A DNA stretch of 64,000 nucleotides from Planktothrix sp. GU0601_MAG3 (GCA_035193785.1 CP136572.1:1088001-1152000); one strand, 5' to 3'. Numbered from the stretch's first letter, positions 1 through 12,577 are shown. Numbers and translations are program-made. The notes: generated by a model not told the origin, from the letters alone.

Positions 1-509
1 CATGGGGATCAGTTTACGCAAAATTATCGAGGAGATGGGCGGCGGTATTCCAGGTGGGCTGAAGGTGAAGGCCGTGCAAACTGGAGGGCCATCGGGCGGT
101 TGTATTCCCGCCGAACATTTAGATACCCCGGTAGATTATGAATCATTGGCCCAATTAGGATCTATGATGGGATCAGGGGGCATGGTGGTACTCGACGAAA
201 ACACCAGTATGGTGCAAGTTGCCCAATTCTATATGGAATTCTGTCGGGAGGAAACCTGCGGAAAATGTGTTCCTTGCCGCACCGGAAACCGTTCAACTCT
301 ATCAAATGTTAACTAAAATTCTCAATAAACAAGCCACCACCGCAGATATTGAGAAAATGAAACTGTTGTCGGAAATGGTCAAAGCCACCAGTTTATGCGG
401 ACTCGGACAAACCGCCCCCAACCCGGTCTTGAGTACGTTGCGTTATTTTCCAGAGGAATATCAGGCTTTATTGCAACCCGCAGAAAGCGGACGGGTTTCG
501 GGGTCTTAA
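1..509 (+). CDS. hoxF: Bidirectional NiFe hydrogenase diaphorase subunit HoxF (NuoF-like), 3' part; apparent +1 frameshift near 285
   Basis: [15 protein letters not shown] and SLCGLG motifs across ORFs 2..316 and 219..509; removing one A at GGAAAC joins them; lies upstream of hoxUYH. Confidence 0.92.
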
Positions 510-619
510 CATCCCTAAAAATGGGATGGTTTCTATCTGCAATGGGTGATTATTTATTGGTTCAACAAAGATAAAATTCACCCATTGTATCCAATACTTT
601 CAAGTAAGGATAATAACAA

Positions 620-2270
620 ATGTTTTGCGAACAATGTGAACAAACTGCCAGTGGTAATGGCTGCCATCAATGGGGCGCCTGTGGTAAAAGTCCTGAAGTT
701 AATGCCATACAAGATTTATTAGTCTATTGCTTACGCAGTATTGCCCCCATTGCTTTAAAAGCTTATGAGTTAGGCATTCCCAATCGTGAATTAGATCGTT
801 TTACCTGTGAATCGATGTTTTCTACGATGACGAATGTTAACTTTAGTACCAAGCGATTTTCTGATTCGGCTCAACAGGCTTTACAATTGCGGAAAACCTT
901 AAAACAAGCCGTTGAAGATCAGAGTCCCACCCCAATTTCTTGGCCAGAAATTTGTAATTATCAGCCGGATTTTGCAGGAAATTTATCGGAACAGGGACAA
1001 CAGTTTGCCCTAGATTTAATTCAAAAAGCCAGTGGAAATATTGATATCTATTCCCTGCAATTAACCACGATTTATGGAGTCAAAGGATTAGCCTCTTACG
1101 CCTTCCACGCCTACGAATTGGGTCAAGAAGATGAAAAGATTTATCAGTTCATCTATGAAGCCTTAATTGCTTTAGATCGGCAGGATTTGGACTTAAACGC
1201 CTGGGTGGGTTTAGCCTTAAAAGTGGGAGAAATGAACCTGCGGGCGATGGAATTATTAGATGCCGGACATACCGGACATTATGGACACCCAACCCCAACA
1301 ACTGTTTCCTTTAAATCATCGTCAAGGTAAGGCGATTTTAGTCTCTGGACATGATATTAAACAGTTGGAAGCCCTGTTACAACAAACCGCAGGTACGGGG
1401 ATTACGGTTTATACCCACGGAGAACTTTTACCCGCCCATGGATATCCGGTTTTAAAACAAAATCATCCCCATTTGTTCGGACATTTTGGCACAGCATGGC
1501 AGAATCAAACCCAAGATTTTGCTAAGTTTCCCGGGGCTATTGTGGTGACAACAAATTGTTTAATGCCGCCCCATGAAACCTACGATAAAAAATTGTTTAC
1601 TCTTGGGCCAGTGGGCTATCCAGGGTTAGGCTATTTACCCTCAAATGCTGATGGGATTCCTGATTATACTCCAGTGATTCAAGAAGCGCTAGAACTCCCC
1701 GGCTTTTTAGATGATGAAACCCCCCGGGAAGTGAAAACCGGATTTGCCCATAATGCGGTTTTAAGTGTGGCAGATCACGTTGTTGAAGCCGTAAAAGCTG
1801 GCAAAATTCGTCACTTCTTTTTAGTTGGCGGTTGTGATGGGGCCAAACCCGGACGCAGTTACTATACGGAATTTGTGGAAAAAGTCCCCCAAGATTGTGT
1901 TGTCCTCACCTTAGCTTGTGGAAAATTCCGCTTTTTTGATAAAGAATTAGGTGAAATTGGTAACATTCCTCGATTGATGGATGTGGGACAATGTAATGAT
2001 GCCTATTCTGCCATCCAAATTGCTTTAGGATTAGCCAAAGCTTTTGATATTGGTGTGAATGAATTACCCCTATCCATGATTTTGTCATGGTATGAACAAA
2101 AAGCCGTGGCGGTGTTATTAACCCTGCTTTATTTAGGCATTCAAGACATCCGTTTAGGCCCCACTTTACCTGCTTTTATTTCTCCGAATGTGTTCCAATT
2201 ACTATCGGACACCTATCATCTAAAAGCTATTTCTACCCCCGATGAAGATTTAGCCGCTTGTTTAGCATAG
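620..2270 (+). CDS. hcp: Hybrid cluster protein (hydroxylamine reductase); apparent frameshift near 1305
   Basis: N-terminal MFCEQCEQT...C...GACGK, then ILVSGHD, YTHGE, GGCDG, GQCND and LSWYEQKA; two ORFs join by removing one T at GTTTC. Confidence 0.95.
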
Positions 2271-2325
2271 GGTTAAATTTATGGGTGTCAAATACGGCTG
2301 AAAATAGCGATTACAGCCGAGATTA

Positions 2326-2505
2326 GATCCCCCTAAATCCCCCTTAAAAAGGGGGACTTTGAAATCCGGTTCATCCCTTAATAGGGGGGACTTTGAAATC
2401 CGGTTTATCCCTTAATAGGGAAGACCTTAAAATCCGGTTCATTCCTTAATAATGGGGGATTTTGAAATCCGGTTCCCCCCTTAGTAAGGGGGGTTAGGGG
2501 GGATC
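2326..2505. repeat. Palindromic MITE/LTRR-like element with 4 tandem 34-35 bp units
   Basis: Inverted ends gatccccctaa...ttaggggggatc; core (g/a)aaatccggtt at ~2361, 2395, 2429 and 2464. Confidence 0.85.
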
Positions 2506-2643
2506 AAACCCTGAAGTTGACACCAATAAAGCCCTAACAATTCTGTAAAAATTATTAGAAAAAAATGCTATAATGGAGATAGATACATCTTAGAATTAAG
2601 GGATTAAATTTGATATTTAAACCTCATAGGAGATGCGATAATT

Positions 2644-3360
2644 ATGTCCGTTAAAACCTTAAAAATAGATGGCATTGATGTTGCCGTTGAAGAAGGAACA
2701 TCCGTTCTCAAAGCCGCCGAAGAAGCCGGAGTAAAAATTCCTAAACTCTGTCATTTAGACGGGGTTTCCGATGTTGGAGCTTGTCGGTTGTGCCTAGTAG
2801 AAATTACAGGAATTAATCGTTTATTACCTGCCTGTGTAACCGAAGTTGCAGAAGGCATGGAAGTCTGCACCCAAACCCCCCAACTGCAAGAATATCGACG
2901 CATGACCGTGGAGTTATTATTCGCAGAAGGAAATCACGTTTGCGCCGTTTGTGTTGCCAATGGAAACTGTGAATTACAGGATGTTGCGATTGAAGTTGGC
3001 ATGGATCATAGCCGTTTTCCCTATCGTTTTCCCCAACGGGAAGTAGACATTTCCCATGAGAAATTTGGCATCGATCATAACCGTTGTATTATGTGTACTC
3101 GGTGTGTGAGAGTTTGTGCCGAAATTGAAGGCGCCCACGTCTGGGATGTCGGCTATCGGGGGGCGACAGCTAAAATTATTAGTGGCTTAAATCAACCTTG
3201 GGGGGATGTGGATGCTTGTACCTCCTGTGGTAAATGTGTTGATGCTTGCCCAACGGGTGCAATCTTTAAAAAAGGCACAACAACTGCCGAAATGCAACGG
3301 GATAGTGAAAAGTTAGAATTCTTAGCAGATGCAAGAGGGAAACATCAATGGACAAGATAA
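2644..3360 (+). CDS. hoxU: Bidirectional hydrogenase diaphorase subunit HoxU
   Basis: IPKLCH, GACRLC, HVCAVC, CIMCTRCVRVC and CTSCGKCVDACP Fe-S motifs. Confidence 0.96.
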   Translation: MSVKTLKIDGIDVAVEEGTSVLKAAEEAGVKIPKLCHLDGVSDVGACRLCLVEITGINRLLPACVTEVAEGMEVCTQTPQLQEYRRMTVELLFAEGNHVCAVCVANGNCELQDVAIEVGMDHSRFPYRFPQREVDISHEKFGIDHNRCIMCTRCVRVCAEIEGAHVWDVGYRGATAKIISGLNQPWGDVDACTSCGKCVDACPTGAIFKKGTTTAEMQRDSEKLEFLADARGKHQWTR

Positions 3361-3896
3361 GATTTGCTACGGTTTGGTTGGCGGGGTGTTCCGGTTGCCA
3401 TATGTCGTTTTTAGACTTAGATGAATGGCTATTTGATCTCGCAGAAAAAGTCGATGTTGTCTTTAGTCCGGTGGGTTGTGACATCAAAGAATATCCTGAA
3501 AATGTGGATGTTTGTTTAGTGGAAGGCGCCGTGGCTAACGAAGAAAATTTAGAGTTATTGTATCAAGTTAGAAAACGGACTAAACTCTTAATTTCCTTTG
3601 GAGATTGTGCCGTAACTGCTAATGTTCCGGCGATGAGAAATATGTTGGGCAGTACGGAACCTGTATTAAAACGCTGTTATTTGGAACTGAGTGATATAGG
3701 GGCTCAATTACCGAATGAACCGGGTATTGTACCCGAACTATTAGAGCGAGTTCGTCCAATTCATGAATTAGTTGATATTGACATCTTTTTACCCGGATGT
3801 CCTCCCTCTGCGGATAGAATTAAATCGGCGATCGCTCCTTTATTAGAAGGGAAAAGACCCGTAATGGAAGGACGGGAAATGATCAAATTCGGCTAG
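3348..3896 (+). CDS. hoxY: Hydrogenase small subunit HoxY
   Basis: [12 protein letters not shown] and PGCPP motifs. Confidence 0.96.
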   Translation: MDKIRFATVWLAGCSGCHMSFLDLDEWLFDLAEKVDVVFSPVGCDIKEYPENVDVCLVEGAVANEENLELLYQVRKRTKLLISFGDCAVTANVPAMRNMLGSTEPVLKRCYLELSDIGAQLPNEPGIVPELLERVRPIHELVDIDIFLPGCPPSADRIKSAIAPLLEGKRPVMEGREMIKFG

Positions 3897-3907
3897 TCCA
3901 TATTAAC

Positions 3908-3973
3908 GTAGGGGCGGGTTTCTGCAAAAAATTTTGCAACTCACCAACAACCTTCATAAACCCGCCCATATAC
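3908..3973. repeat. REP-like inverted repeat (gtaggggcgggttt...aaacccgccc); second copy in opposite orientation at ~58433-58494
   Basis: Imperfect palindrome seen twice in the window. Confidence 0.75.
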
Positions 3974-4015
3974 CAGGTCTTGGAAGCACAAAAACAAACT
4001 ACAGAGGTTAAAAAT

Positions 4016-5446
4016 ATGTCTAAAACCGTTATTATTGATCCCGTAACTCGGATTGAAGGTCATGCTAAAATATCCGTTTATTTAGATGATGCGGGAGAAG
4101 TCGAAAATGCCCGTTTTCACGTCGTAGAATTTCGCGGTTTTGAAAAATTCTGCGAAGGACGACCAATGTTTGAAATGGCCGGAATTACCGCCCGAATTTG
4201 CGGAATCTGCCCCGTTAGTCATCTCCTAGCTTCAGCAAAAACCGGGGATAAAATCCTCGCGGTGCGAGTACCTCCAGCCGGAGAAAAACTGCGCCGAATG
4301 ATGAATTTAGCCCAATTAACTCAATCCCATGCGTTAAGTTTTTTCCACCTCAGTAGTCCTGATTTTCTATTAGGTTGGGATAGTGATCCTGCTAAACGGA
4401 ATGTCTTTGGTTTAATGGCTGCTGATCCTGATTTAGCCCGGGCGGGAATTCGCTTGCGTCAGTTCGGACAAACGGTGATTGAACTATTAGGGGCCAGAAA
4501 AATTCACGCGGCTTGGGCTGTTCCCGGTGGCGTGCGTTCTCCCCTTTCCGATGAAGGGCGAGAATGGATTATTAACCGCTTACCCGAAGCTCGACAAACC
4601 ACCGAATTAGCTATTAGTATCTTTAAACGTTTATTAGATACGGAATTAAAAACAGAAATTGATGTTTTTGGCAAATTCCCTTCATTATTTATGGGGTTAG
4701 TTGCCCCCAATGGCAATTGGGAACACTACGGCGGACACCTGAGATTTATTGATAGTGATGGGAAAATTGTCGCCGATGGTTTAAGCGAAGATAACTATCA
4801 AGATTTCCTGGGAGAAGCTGTTGAAAATTGGTCTTATCTCAAGTTTCCCTATTACAAACCTCTGGGATATCCTGATGGAATTTATCGCGTTGGGCCCTTA
4901 GCAAGATTGAACGTTTGTGATCAAATTGGAACCCCAGACGCCGACCGAGAATTAATTGAATTTCGGCATCGAGCGGGGGGACGAGTCGCCACTTCTTCCT
5001 TCTTCTATCATTATGCTCGTTTAGTGGAAATTCTAGCTTGTATTGAAGCCATTGAACGGTTAGTTGATGACCCTGATATTATCTCAAAACGGGTGCGTTC
5101 GGAAGCAGGGATTAACTGTTTAGAAGGAGTGGGAGTTAGTGAAGCCCCACGCGGTACTTTATTCCATCATTATCAAGTAGATGAAAACGGATTAATTAAG
5201 AAAGTTAACTTAATTATTGCCACCGGACAAAACAATTTAGCCATGAATAAAACCGTGACTCAAATTGCCCAACATTATATTCATGGAAATGATATTCCCG
5301 AGGGAATGTTAAACCGAGTTGAAGCAGGAATTCGGGCTTATGATCCTTGTTTAAGTTGTTCGACTCACGCCGTCGGACAAATGCCCTTACACATCCAATT
5401 AATTCAAAAGGATGGAACAGTAATTCAAGAAAAATACCGCCATTAA
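4016..5446 (+). CDS. hoxH: Hydrogenase large subunit HoxH
   Basis: [19 protein letters not shown] (L1) and DPCLSCSTH (L2) with C-terminal extension; ATG at 4016 after gagg RBS. Confidence 0.97.
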   Translation: MSKTVIIDPVTRIEGHAKISVYLDDAGEVENARFHVVEFRGFEKFCEGRPMFEMAGITARICGICPVSHLLASAKTGDKILAVRVPPAGEKLRRMMNLAQLTQSHALSFFHLSSPDFLLGWDSDPAKRNVFGLMAADPDLARAGIRLRQFGQTVIELLGARKIHAAWAVPGGVRSPLSDEGREWIINRLPEARQTTELAISIFKRLLDTELKTEIDVFGKFPSLFMGLVAPNGNWEHYGGHLRFIDSDGKIVADGLSEDNYQDFLGEAVENWSYLKFPYYKPLGYPDGIYRVGPLARLNVCDQIGTPDADRELIEFRHRAGGRVATSSFFYHYARLVEILACIEAIERLVDDPDIISKRVRSEAGINCLEGVGVSEAPRGTLFHHYQVDENGLIKKVNLIIATGQNNLAMNKTVTQIAQHYIHGNDIPEGMLNRVEAGIRAYDPCLSCSTHAVGQMPLHIQLIQKDGTVIQEKYRH

Positions 5447-5673
5447 GCTACCATTTTCACAACCATAGCAGGGAACAGGAAGGGAAAGAGTTTACCCCCT
5501 CCCCCTGCTCCCCCCGCTATATTAGGAGGCAAAAAATGCCAAAGGAAAACTTATATTTATGTATAGGTTTCTGCTTGTCATTAGCTGGGAGTATATGAAG
5601 TGTTACCGAAATTGCAAGCCTTGATGAGTGAATATGATATAGAATATTGTTAATAAAAAATATATAAAATAAT

Positions 5674-6117
5674 ATGATTTTAATTGTGGGATATGGGAAT
5701 CCAATTAGAGGAGATGATGGTATTGGTCAAGCGGTAATTAGTGAAATTGAACAGTGGAATTTAACCAATGTGCGATCGCTTTCTCTCCATCAACTCACCC
5801 CCGAAGTCGCCGCAGAAATGGCGGAAGTCGATACGGTTATTTTTGTGGATGCGGGTTTAGAAGGAAATACTATTAATATTACTTCCTTGGAACCTTTACC
5901 CTCAAATTTATTTAATTGGGGACATTCTTTGAATCCGCGATCGCTTTTATCTTTAACCCAATTTCTCTATCAAAAACAACCCCAATCCTGGTTAATTGCG
6001 ATCCCAGGAGAAAATTTTGAACTCTGTGAAACCCTATCTGAAAAAGCACTAAATGGCATTCAAGAGGCATTAAAAATCATTAAAAATATTGTTAATAAAA
6101 CCCCAAATAAATTATAA
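5674..6117 (+). CDS. hoxW: Hydrogenase maturation protease
   Basis: GYGNPIRGDDGIG, HQLTPE, FVDA; follows hoxH. Confidence 0.9.
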   Translation: MILIVGYGNPIRGDDGIGQAVISEIEQWNLTNVRSLSLHQLTPEVAAEMAEVDTVIFVDAGLEGNTINITSLEPLPSNLFNWGHSLNPRSLLSLTQFLYQKQPQSWLIAIPGENFELCETLSEKALNGIQEALKIIKNIVNKTPNKL

Positions 6118-6122
6118 TTAAC

Positions 6123-6240
6123 CGTAGTAAGTCCTTTAGGACTCAATCAAACCCCTAATCAAGAAACCCCTAAAGGGGTTACTACGAAATCGTAGTGAGT
6201 CCTTTAGGACTCCCAAGAAACCCCTAAAGGGGTTACTACA
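6123..6240. repeat. Tandem REP-like palindromic units; related copies at ~8745-8773 and ~58843-58871
   Basis: cgtagt(a/g)agtcctttaggactc and aagaaacccctaaaggggttactac each occur twice; gagtcctgaaggact(t/c)actacggg occurs elsewhere. Confidence 0.8.
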
Positions 6241-6244
6241 AATT

Positions 6245-6586
6245 ATGCACGAAGTTAGTATTATGGAACAGACCCTAGAGATTGCCTTAAACCATGCTAA
6301 ACAACAAGGGGCAACTAAAATTCATTGGATTAAAATGAAAGTAGGGGAATTATCAGGAGTTATTCCAGAGGCGTTAGAATTTGCCTTTGATGTGGTGGCT
6401 AAAGGAACAATAGCAGAAACCGCTATTTTTGAAATCGATTCTATTCCAGTTCGCTGTTATTGTCATCATTGTCAGGTGGAATTTCAACCGGATGATTATA
6501 TTTATGAATGCCCCCATTGTCATCAATATAGCCTTGATATTCTTCAGGGAAAAGAGTTAGAATTAACATCTTTAGAGGTTTCTTAA
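6245..6586 (+). CDS. hypA: Hydrogenase nickel metallochaperone HypA
   Basis: MHE start, two CxxC pairs, GKEL. Confidence 0.96.
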   Translation: MHEVSIMEQTLEIALNHAKQQGATKIHWIKMKVGELSGVIPEALEFAFDVVAKGTIAETAIFEIDSIPVRCYCHHCQVEFQPDDYIYECPHCHQYSLDILQGKELELTSLEVS

Positions 6587-6588
6587 TT

Positions 6589-7374
6589 ATGTGTACAAAT
6601 TGCGGTTGTGCTGTTACCCCGGGAAAAATAGAAATCCATAGTCATGATGATCATGAACATCCCCACACCCATGACCATGACCATGACCATTCTGATCATG
6701 ATCATCCTCACCAAACCTTAACTATTCATGAAGCAATCTTATCTAAAAATGAACGATTAGCAGAACGAAATCGAGGCTTTTTTTGGGGAAAAGGATTATT
6801 TGTTTTAAACGTTTTATCCTCTCCCGGTTCGGGAAAAACTGCCTTTATTGAACGCACTTTAACCGATATTAATTCCCGTCTTCCTGGGGCGGTAATTGTG
6901 GGGGATTTAGCCACGGATAATGATGCTCAAAGGTTGAGAAGATCCGGGGCGCAAGTGGTTCAAATTACCACCGGAAATGTTTGTCATTTGGAAGCAGATA
7001 TGGTCGCTAAAGCCCTTGTCGAAATCAACTTAGATCAGGTTAAATTATTAATTATTGAAAATGTTGGTAATTTAGTCTGTCCGGCGGCCTATGATTTGGG
7101 AGAAAATCAACGAATTGCTTTACTTTCTGTCACAGAAGGGGAAGACAAACCCTTAAAATATCCGACATTATTTAAAACGGCTGATGTGGTGATTATTAAT
7201 AAAATTGATATTGCAGAAGTCGTTGGTTTTGACCGAGAATTAGCTTTAAATAATATTAAAAAAATTGTTCCCCAAGCTCGAATTTTTGAAGTTTCCGCTA
7301 AGACCGGGGTCGGAATGAAGGAATGGTATCAATTTTTAGAACAACAGGTTAAAGAAACTAGCCCTAGGTTATAG
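6589..7374 (+). CDS. hypB: Hydrogenase nickel incorporation GTPase HypB
   Basis: MCTNCGC, His-rich tract, [24 protein letters not shown]. Confidence 0.96.
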   Translation: MCTNCGCAVTPGKIEIHSHDDHEHPHTHDHDHDHSDHDHPHQTLTIHEAILSKNERLAERNRGFFWGKGLFVLNVLSSPGSGKTAFIERTLTDINSRLPGAVIVGDLATDNDAQRLRRSGAQVVQITTGNVCHLEADMVAKALVEINLDQVKLLIIENVGNLVCPAAYDLGENQRIALLSVTEGEDKPLKYPTLFKTADVVIINKIDIAEVVGFDRELALNNIKKIVPQARIFEVSAKTGVGMKEWYQFLEQQVKETSPRL

Positions 7375-7461
7375 CAGTTGCCAGCGAAATGATCCCGTAG
7401 CGTGTGCGTGTTTCTGATCGCTCAACAGTTGCTTTTTCCACCATAATTCCTCAAATAACCT

Positions 7462-8683
7462 ATGTTAGATCTAACAAAATTGGCTCAACAAATGCAAGGC
7501 ATGAGCCAACATATTAATCGAGAAGCTGAAGCATCCCGCAAACGTATTGAAATTGCTTTAAACTTAATCGAACAAGCGAAATTAAATGATGATCAGTTAA
7601 TGCAGAACTATGTAGAATTTAAACCGCGAATGATTTTTAAACCCGCTACTCCCTTAGAAACCTTTAAACTATTGTCCTGATATTAATGCCCCGCCTTCTG
7701 CCCATACAGTTTTAGCTACGGATGGTTCCCAAATTGCGCCCAGTGCCCATGAAATTGCCTATTGTTATTTAATTAATGTTGGGCGAGTCATTTTACATTA
7801 TGGTCAAAGTCGTCATCCAATTTTAGATAGTATTCCTGAAATTTATTATCGCCCGGAAGATTTATATTTATCCCGGCAATGGGGAATTAAAACCGAAGAA
7901 TGGATGGGATATCGTCGGGCAGTATCCGAAGCTATTATTTTAGCAGAATCGGGGAATCAATTACTCGAAATTTCACCCAATCAACAGTTAAATGTTCCCA
8001 CTTTAGCTTTAGTTGATGGTTCTTTAATCTATTGGTTTTTAGAACAATTACCATCGGAAGCTAGAGATTTAATTTTATTACCGATTTTAGAATCCTGGGA
8101 ACAGTTAAGATTAGCTGGTATTCCTTTATTTGGATATGTGAGTGCTTCTCGCAGCAGTGAAAGTTTATCTTTTTTAAGACTACAGGCTTGTCCCTTTGAT
8201 CAACCCAATTGTTTACAATATTGTCCGGGTATAGGAGGTATAATTTCAACGGGAACCGAGAAAAAAGCCCCTTGTCAAGTGTTTGAACCCCTGCGGGATA
8301 CGATATTATGGGAATCCCAATTAAAACCCGGTCAACGCAGTCCTTTTTGGCGTTCTAATTCGTCAATTTTGGATTTATACGAACATCATCAAATCTATTT
8401 TTGTTATGTGAATATGGGTAGTGAAATTGCCCGTTTAGAAGTTCCGGCTTGGGTGGTGGAAAATTCTGACCAATTAGAGTTAGCATTGGGAATGGTGATA
8501 GCACAAGTTCAAAAGGGATATGGTTATCCGGTGGTGTTAGCAGAAGCCCATAATCAAGCGGTGGTGAAAGGAGGCGACCGGACTCGATTTTTTACTATGT
8601 TGGAGCAAGAAATGATTAAGGCGGGATTAAGAAATGTGGGAATTTCCTATAAAGAAGCGAGAAAACGGGGTAGTATTGCGTGA
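7462..8683 (+). CDS. nurA: NurA-family nuclease; apparent frameshift near 7658
   Basis: ATDGSQ (in the restored frame), LVDGSL and GYGYPVVLAEAHNQAVV. Confidence 0.85.
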
Positions 8684-8788
8684 AATCAGTTATCACTGTA
8701 GAGACGTGCCATGGCGCGTCTCTAGCAGTTCTCAGAAAATACAATAAGAGAGTCCTGAAGGACTTACTACGGGTCAAATTATATGATT

Positions 8789-9103
8789 CTAAATGGGATT
8801 AATGTTTCCATTAATATCATCAGGGGGATAACCGCGTTGTCGTAATTCCTCTTGCATTTCATAGAGTTCTAATGGCGTATTTAATTCCACTGGTATTTTC
8901 CTGTTGATACACCCATTTAACAGGAAAGCAAAGAAGAGAAGACACAAAATTAACAGTATCCAAACCCCATCAAAATCGCTACCCTCGCCTTGTTTAATAA
9001 ACTGACTCTTACATTCAGTACAGATCCACTTTTTATTTGTGTTTGGGAGCTTAATTAATTCGCACATTCTTTTATTCTTTGAATCTCTGATACAGTCGTC
9101 CAC
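8789..9103 (-). CDS. Small hypothetical membrane protein with a Cys cluster
   Basis: CTEC motif plus hydrophobic stretch VWILLILCLLFFAFLL; ggag upstream of GTG. Confidence 0.5.
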   Translation of the reverse strand: MDDCIRDSKNKRMCELIKLPNTNKKWICTECKSQFIKQGEGSDFDGVWILLILCLLFFAFLLNGCINRKIPVELNTPLELYEMQEELRQRGYPPDDINGNINPI

Positions 9104-9174
9104 AGAATTTACTCCTAATAGAATTTTTCAGAAAGGAAAAGGCGAAATCTCACCTTTTCCCTTGGGTTTAATCC

Positions 9175-9310
9175 CTAGTCACGCACAGGCGCATAAACGT
9201 GCAATGTCACGCAATCTTCAGCACTGTTATTAACTAATTGATGGTATTCATAACGGTCAGTCCAGGTAATTTCCCCAGCACTTACGGTTTCTTCTTTCCA
9301 ACAGAATAAT
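9175..9310 (-). pseudogene. 3' fragment of a cysteine dioxygenase-like cupin
   Basis: YHQLVN...CVTLHVYAP resembles the CDO C-terminus; no plausible N-terminal half; abuts an IS remnant. Confidence 0.5.
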
Positions 9311-9366
9311 TTCCGTTGGCAGATATGCTCACTGATGCTATTTTCAAAAAAAATATTTTGTTTATT

Positions 9367-9504
9367 CAAGTCCTGATGGATAGTTGGTATGCAGCCCAAA
9401 AGCTAATGTCTTTAATTGATAATTTGGGAAAGATTTATTACGTTCCGCTCAAGAAAAATCGATTAGTAGATGACGCTATATAAAGCGTCATTGCGTAAGT
9501 CCTG
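9367..9504 (+). mobile_element. Internally deleted IS701-family remnant
   Basis: VLMDSWYAAQKLMSLIDNLGKIYYVPLKKNRLVDD matches the transposase remnant at ~56300; terminus tgcgtaagtcctg is the reverse complement of caggacttacgca at 55625. Confidence 0.8.
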
Positions 9505-9567
9505 GTTTTGTAACCTTAACATCTATACTTATCTTATAGCCTAGTTGCAAAAAATGTCCGCACAGTA

Positions 9568-12536
9568 TTGATGCCTCTCACAAATTCTATGCAGAAACCC
9601 GATATTCCAGCTAATGAAAGTGATCCCTTAGTAGCACTAGATCGTTATAAGATTCTCGATACCTTGCCAGAGCAGGTATACGACGATCCTTTAAAGAACG
9701 CCGTAGGAGAGGTGGTCGGGGCTTCTAAAATTGTTTGCGATATTAGCGATTGCAAACAAGCTGAATTGCAACTACAGAAAACCACAGAGCGTTTAGTTTT
9801 TGCTCTTAAATCTGGAGCAATTGGTTGTTGGGAATACGATATTCAACAGAACCTTCTTGTTTGGGATGATCGGATGTTTGAACTGTATGGATACTTAAAC
9901 AAACCTAATCCCCATCTGGTTTACGAGATTTGGGCAAATGCAATACATCCCGATGATCGTAACGCTACTGAAACCTTACTTCAACAAGCTTTCTTAGGAG
10001 TTGCCGAATATGACTGTGAGTTTCGGATCATTCATTCCGATGGCAGCATTCATTTCATTAAAGCCTATGGCATGGTCAAGCTAGATGCTCAGAGTAAGCC
10101 TGAAAGAATGATTGGGATTAACTTTGATATTAGTGATCGCAAACAAGCCGAGCAAATTATTCTCCAACAAGCAAATCGAGAAACCCTATTGCGAGGAATT
10201 ACTCAGCGTATCCGTCAATCCCTCGATCTCTCAATAATTTTTGATACCGCTTGTCAAGAAATTCAGCTATTGCTGCAATGCGATCGCGTCGGCATTTTCA
10301 AGTTCTATCCTGAATCCAATTTTGATGATGGTGAATTTGTCGCCGAATCCGTTGTCGATGGATTTAGTTTCAGCAATGGAAGTTCACATTCACGACCATT
10401 GCTTTGGCGAGGGCTATGCCGCCGCCTATGCCCAAGGTCGAATACAGGTCTTGAATGATATAGATAATGCTGGGCTGATGGACTGCCATCGCGATGTCTT
10501 GGCTCAATTTCAGGTGCGGGCAAATTTGGTGATTCCATTACTATGTGGCAACAACCTATGGGGCTTAGTGTGCATCCATCAATGCGCTCATACTCGCCAA
10601 TGGCAAGAGCATGAGATTGATCTGATTCAACAAATTGCTAATCAATTAGCGATCGCTATTCAACAAGCCAGTCTCTATGAGCAACTTCAAGAGGAACTAT
10701 TAATACGTCAGCAATCTCAATCGAAAATAGCGCAGCAATTGCGAGAACAGCAAACCTTAGCGACAATCACCAATAAAATTCACGAATCACTTAGTATCAA
10801 AGAGATTCTGGCAGTGGTGACTCAACAGGTTAAAGATGTGCTGTCTGGCGATCGCGTGATCGTCTTTCAACTATTTGATAATGGTAATAGCCAAATTGTC
10901 GAAGAATCAGTACATAGTAATTTTCCTAATCTCAAAGCCCTTAATTGGGAAAACGAAGTTTGGTCACAGGAAATTCTCGATTGCTATTGGCAAGGCAAGC
11001 CTCGCATTGTTCCCGATGTGATGAATGACATTTGGACAGAATGCCTAGTGGAATACTCGATCAAAGGTCAGATCAAGTCCAAAATTATCGCGCCAATTCT
11101 CCTAGAGGCGCACTTTAGCGAAAATCATCGCTGGGTAGCAACGGAGGGATCTAAAAAGCTGTGGGGCGTTTTGGTAGTCCATGCCTGTGTAGAACAGCGA
11201 GAATGGCAAGATTCAGAAGCTCAACTGCTCCAACAAATTGCGAATCAATTAGCGATCGCCATTCAGCAAGCTAGTCTATATGAGCAATCTCAACAAGAAA
11301 TTGCGGAACGTAAACAAGCCCAACAACAATTAACGGAAACCAACCAACAACTCGCCCGTGCAACCAGACTCAAAGACGAATTTCTCGCCAATATGAGCCA
11401 CGAAACTGCGGACACCCCTCAATTCGATTTTGGGAATGAATGAAGCTCTACAGGATGAAATATTTGGCAGCATTAACGAGGGGCAACTGAAAGCATTGCA
11501 AACCATTGAGAATAGTAGTAGGCATCTTTTAACATTGATTAATGACATTCTCGATGTTGCCAAAATTGAGTCTGGACAAGTCACGCTAGAGCTAAAATCG
11601 ACAGATATCGACAGCCTCTGCAATTCGAGCATAGCATTTATCAAGCAGCAAGCATTAACAAAGCGAATTCAATTAATACATAGAATTCCTAAGTATTTAC
11701 CAGAAATAATGCTAGATGAAACGCGGATTCGACAAGTCTTAATTAATCTGCTCAATAATGCTGTTAAATTTACTCTGGAAGGAGGAACAATTACTTTAGA
11801 AGTATCGCAAGTTCAACGTGAAAGTAGTACAACTAATCTAACGCCTCTAAATTACATAAAGATAGCCGTGATTGATACTGGAATAGGCATCTCGGCAGAG
11901 AACATCCAGAAACTGTTCCAGCCCTTTATCCAAATCGATAGTGCGCTGAACCGTCAATATAATGGCACTGGATTGGGTTTGGCTTTAGTCAAAAGACTTG
12001 TTGAAATTCATGGAGGAAACGTAGAACTGACAAGTGAGTTGGGAGTCGGTAGTTGCTTTGCGATTAATCTTCCTATTAATATCGGCTTCCCAGCGATTGA
12101 AGAACAAACTGAGCAGGACTTGTCAGGACAGTCTCAGATAGGTCAAAGCCAAACTGAGGAACTAATTTCACCCTTAATTTTGCTGGCAGAAGATAACGAG
12201 GCTAATATTGTGACATTCTCCAGTTACCTTGAAGCTAAGGGCTACCGCATTTTATTGGCAAATGATGGACAACAGGCGATCGATCTTGCCAAAGCGGAGC
12301 ATCCCGACTTGATTTTGATGGATATCCAGATGCCAGTTATGGATGGATTAGAAGCAATTAAACTAATTCGCCTCGATCCTAATCTGGCTGATATCCCAAT
12401 TATTGCGCTGACGGCTCTAGCAATGGCAGGCGATCGCGAAAGATGTCTGGCAGCAGGAGCTAATGAATATCTAGCTAAACCCGTCAAACTCCGCCAACTC
12501 AGTATTATGATTCACCAAATGTTAGGGTTTGAGTAG
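9568..12536 (+). CDS. Hybrid sensor histidine kinase PAS-GAF(DXCF CBCR)-GAF(far-red-type CBCR)-HisKA-HATPase-REC; apparent frameshifts near 10368 and 11403; N-terminus looks internally deleted
   Basis: IHPDD/CEFRI PAS; DHCF...DCH GAF; EVWSQEI..CY...ECL GAF; FLANMSHELRTP after correction; NLLNNAVKF, DTGIG, GTGLGL; LLAED...DIQMP...KP receiver. Confidence 0.9.
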
Positions 12537-12577
12537 CAATCGTGCGAAAAGTGCCGTTAAGCCCAGAAGGGTAGCCA

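Noticed and set aside
2326..2505. Possible CRISPR array
   Set aside because: Units are contiguous degenerate tandem repeats without unique spacers; no cas genes in the window
6123..6240. Possible mini-CRISPR or attC-like array
   Set aside because: Only two palindromic units, and the same motif occurs singly elsewhere; consistent with REP-like repeats
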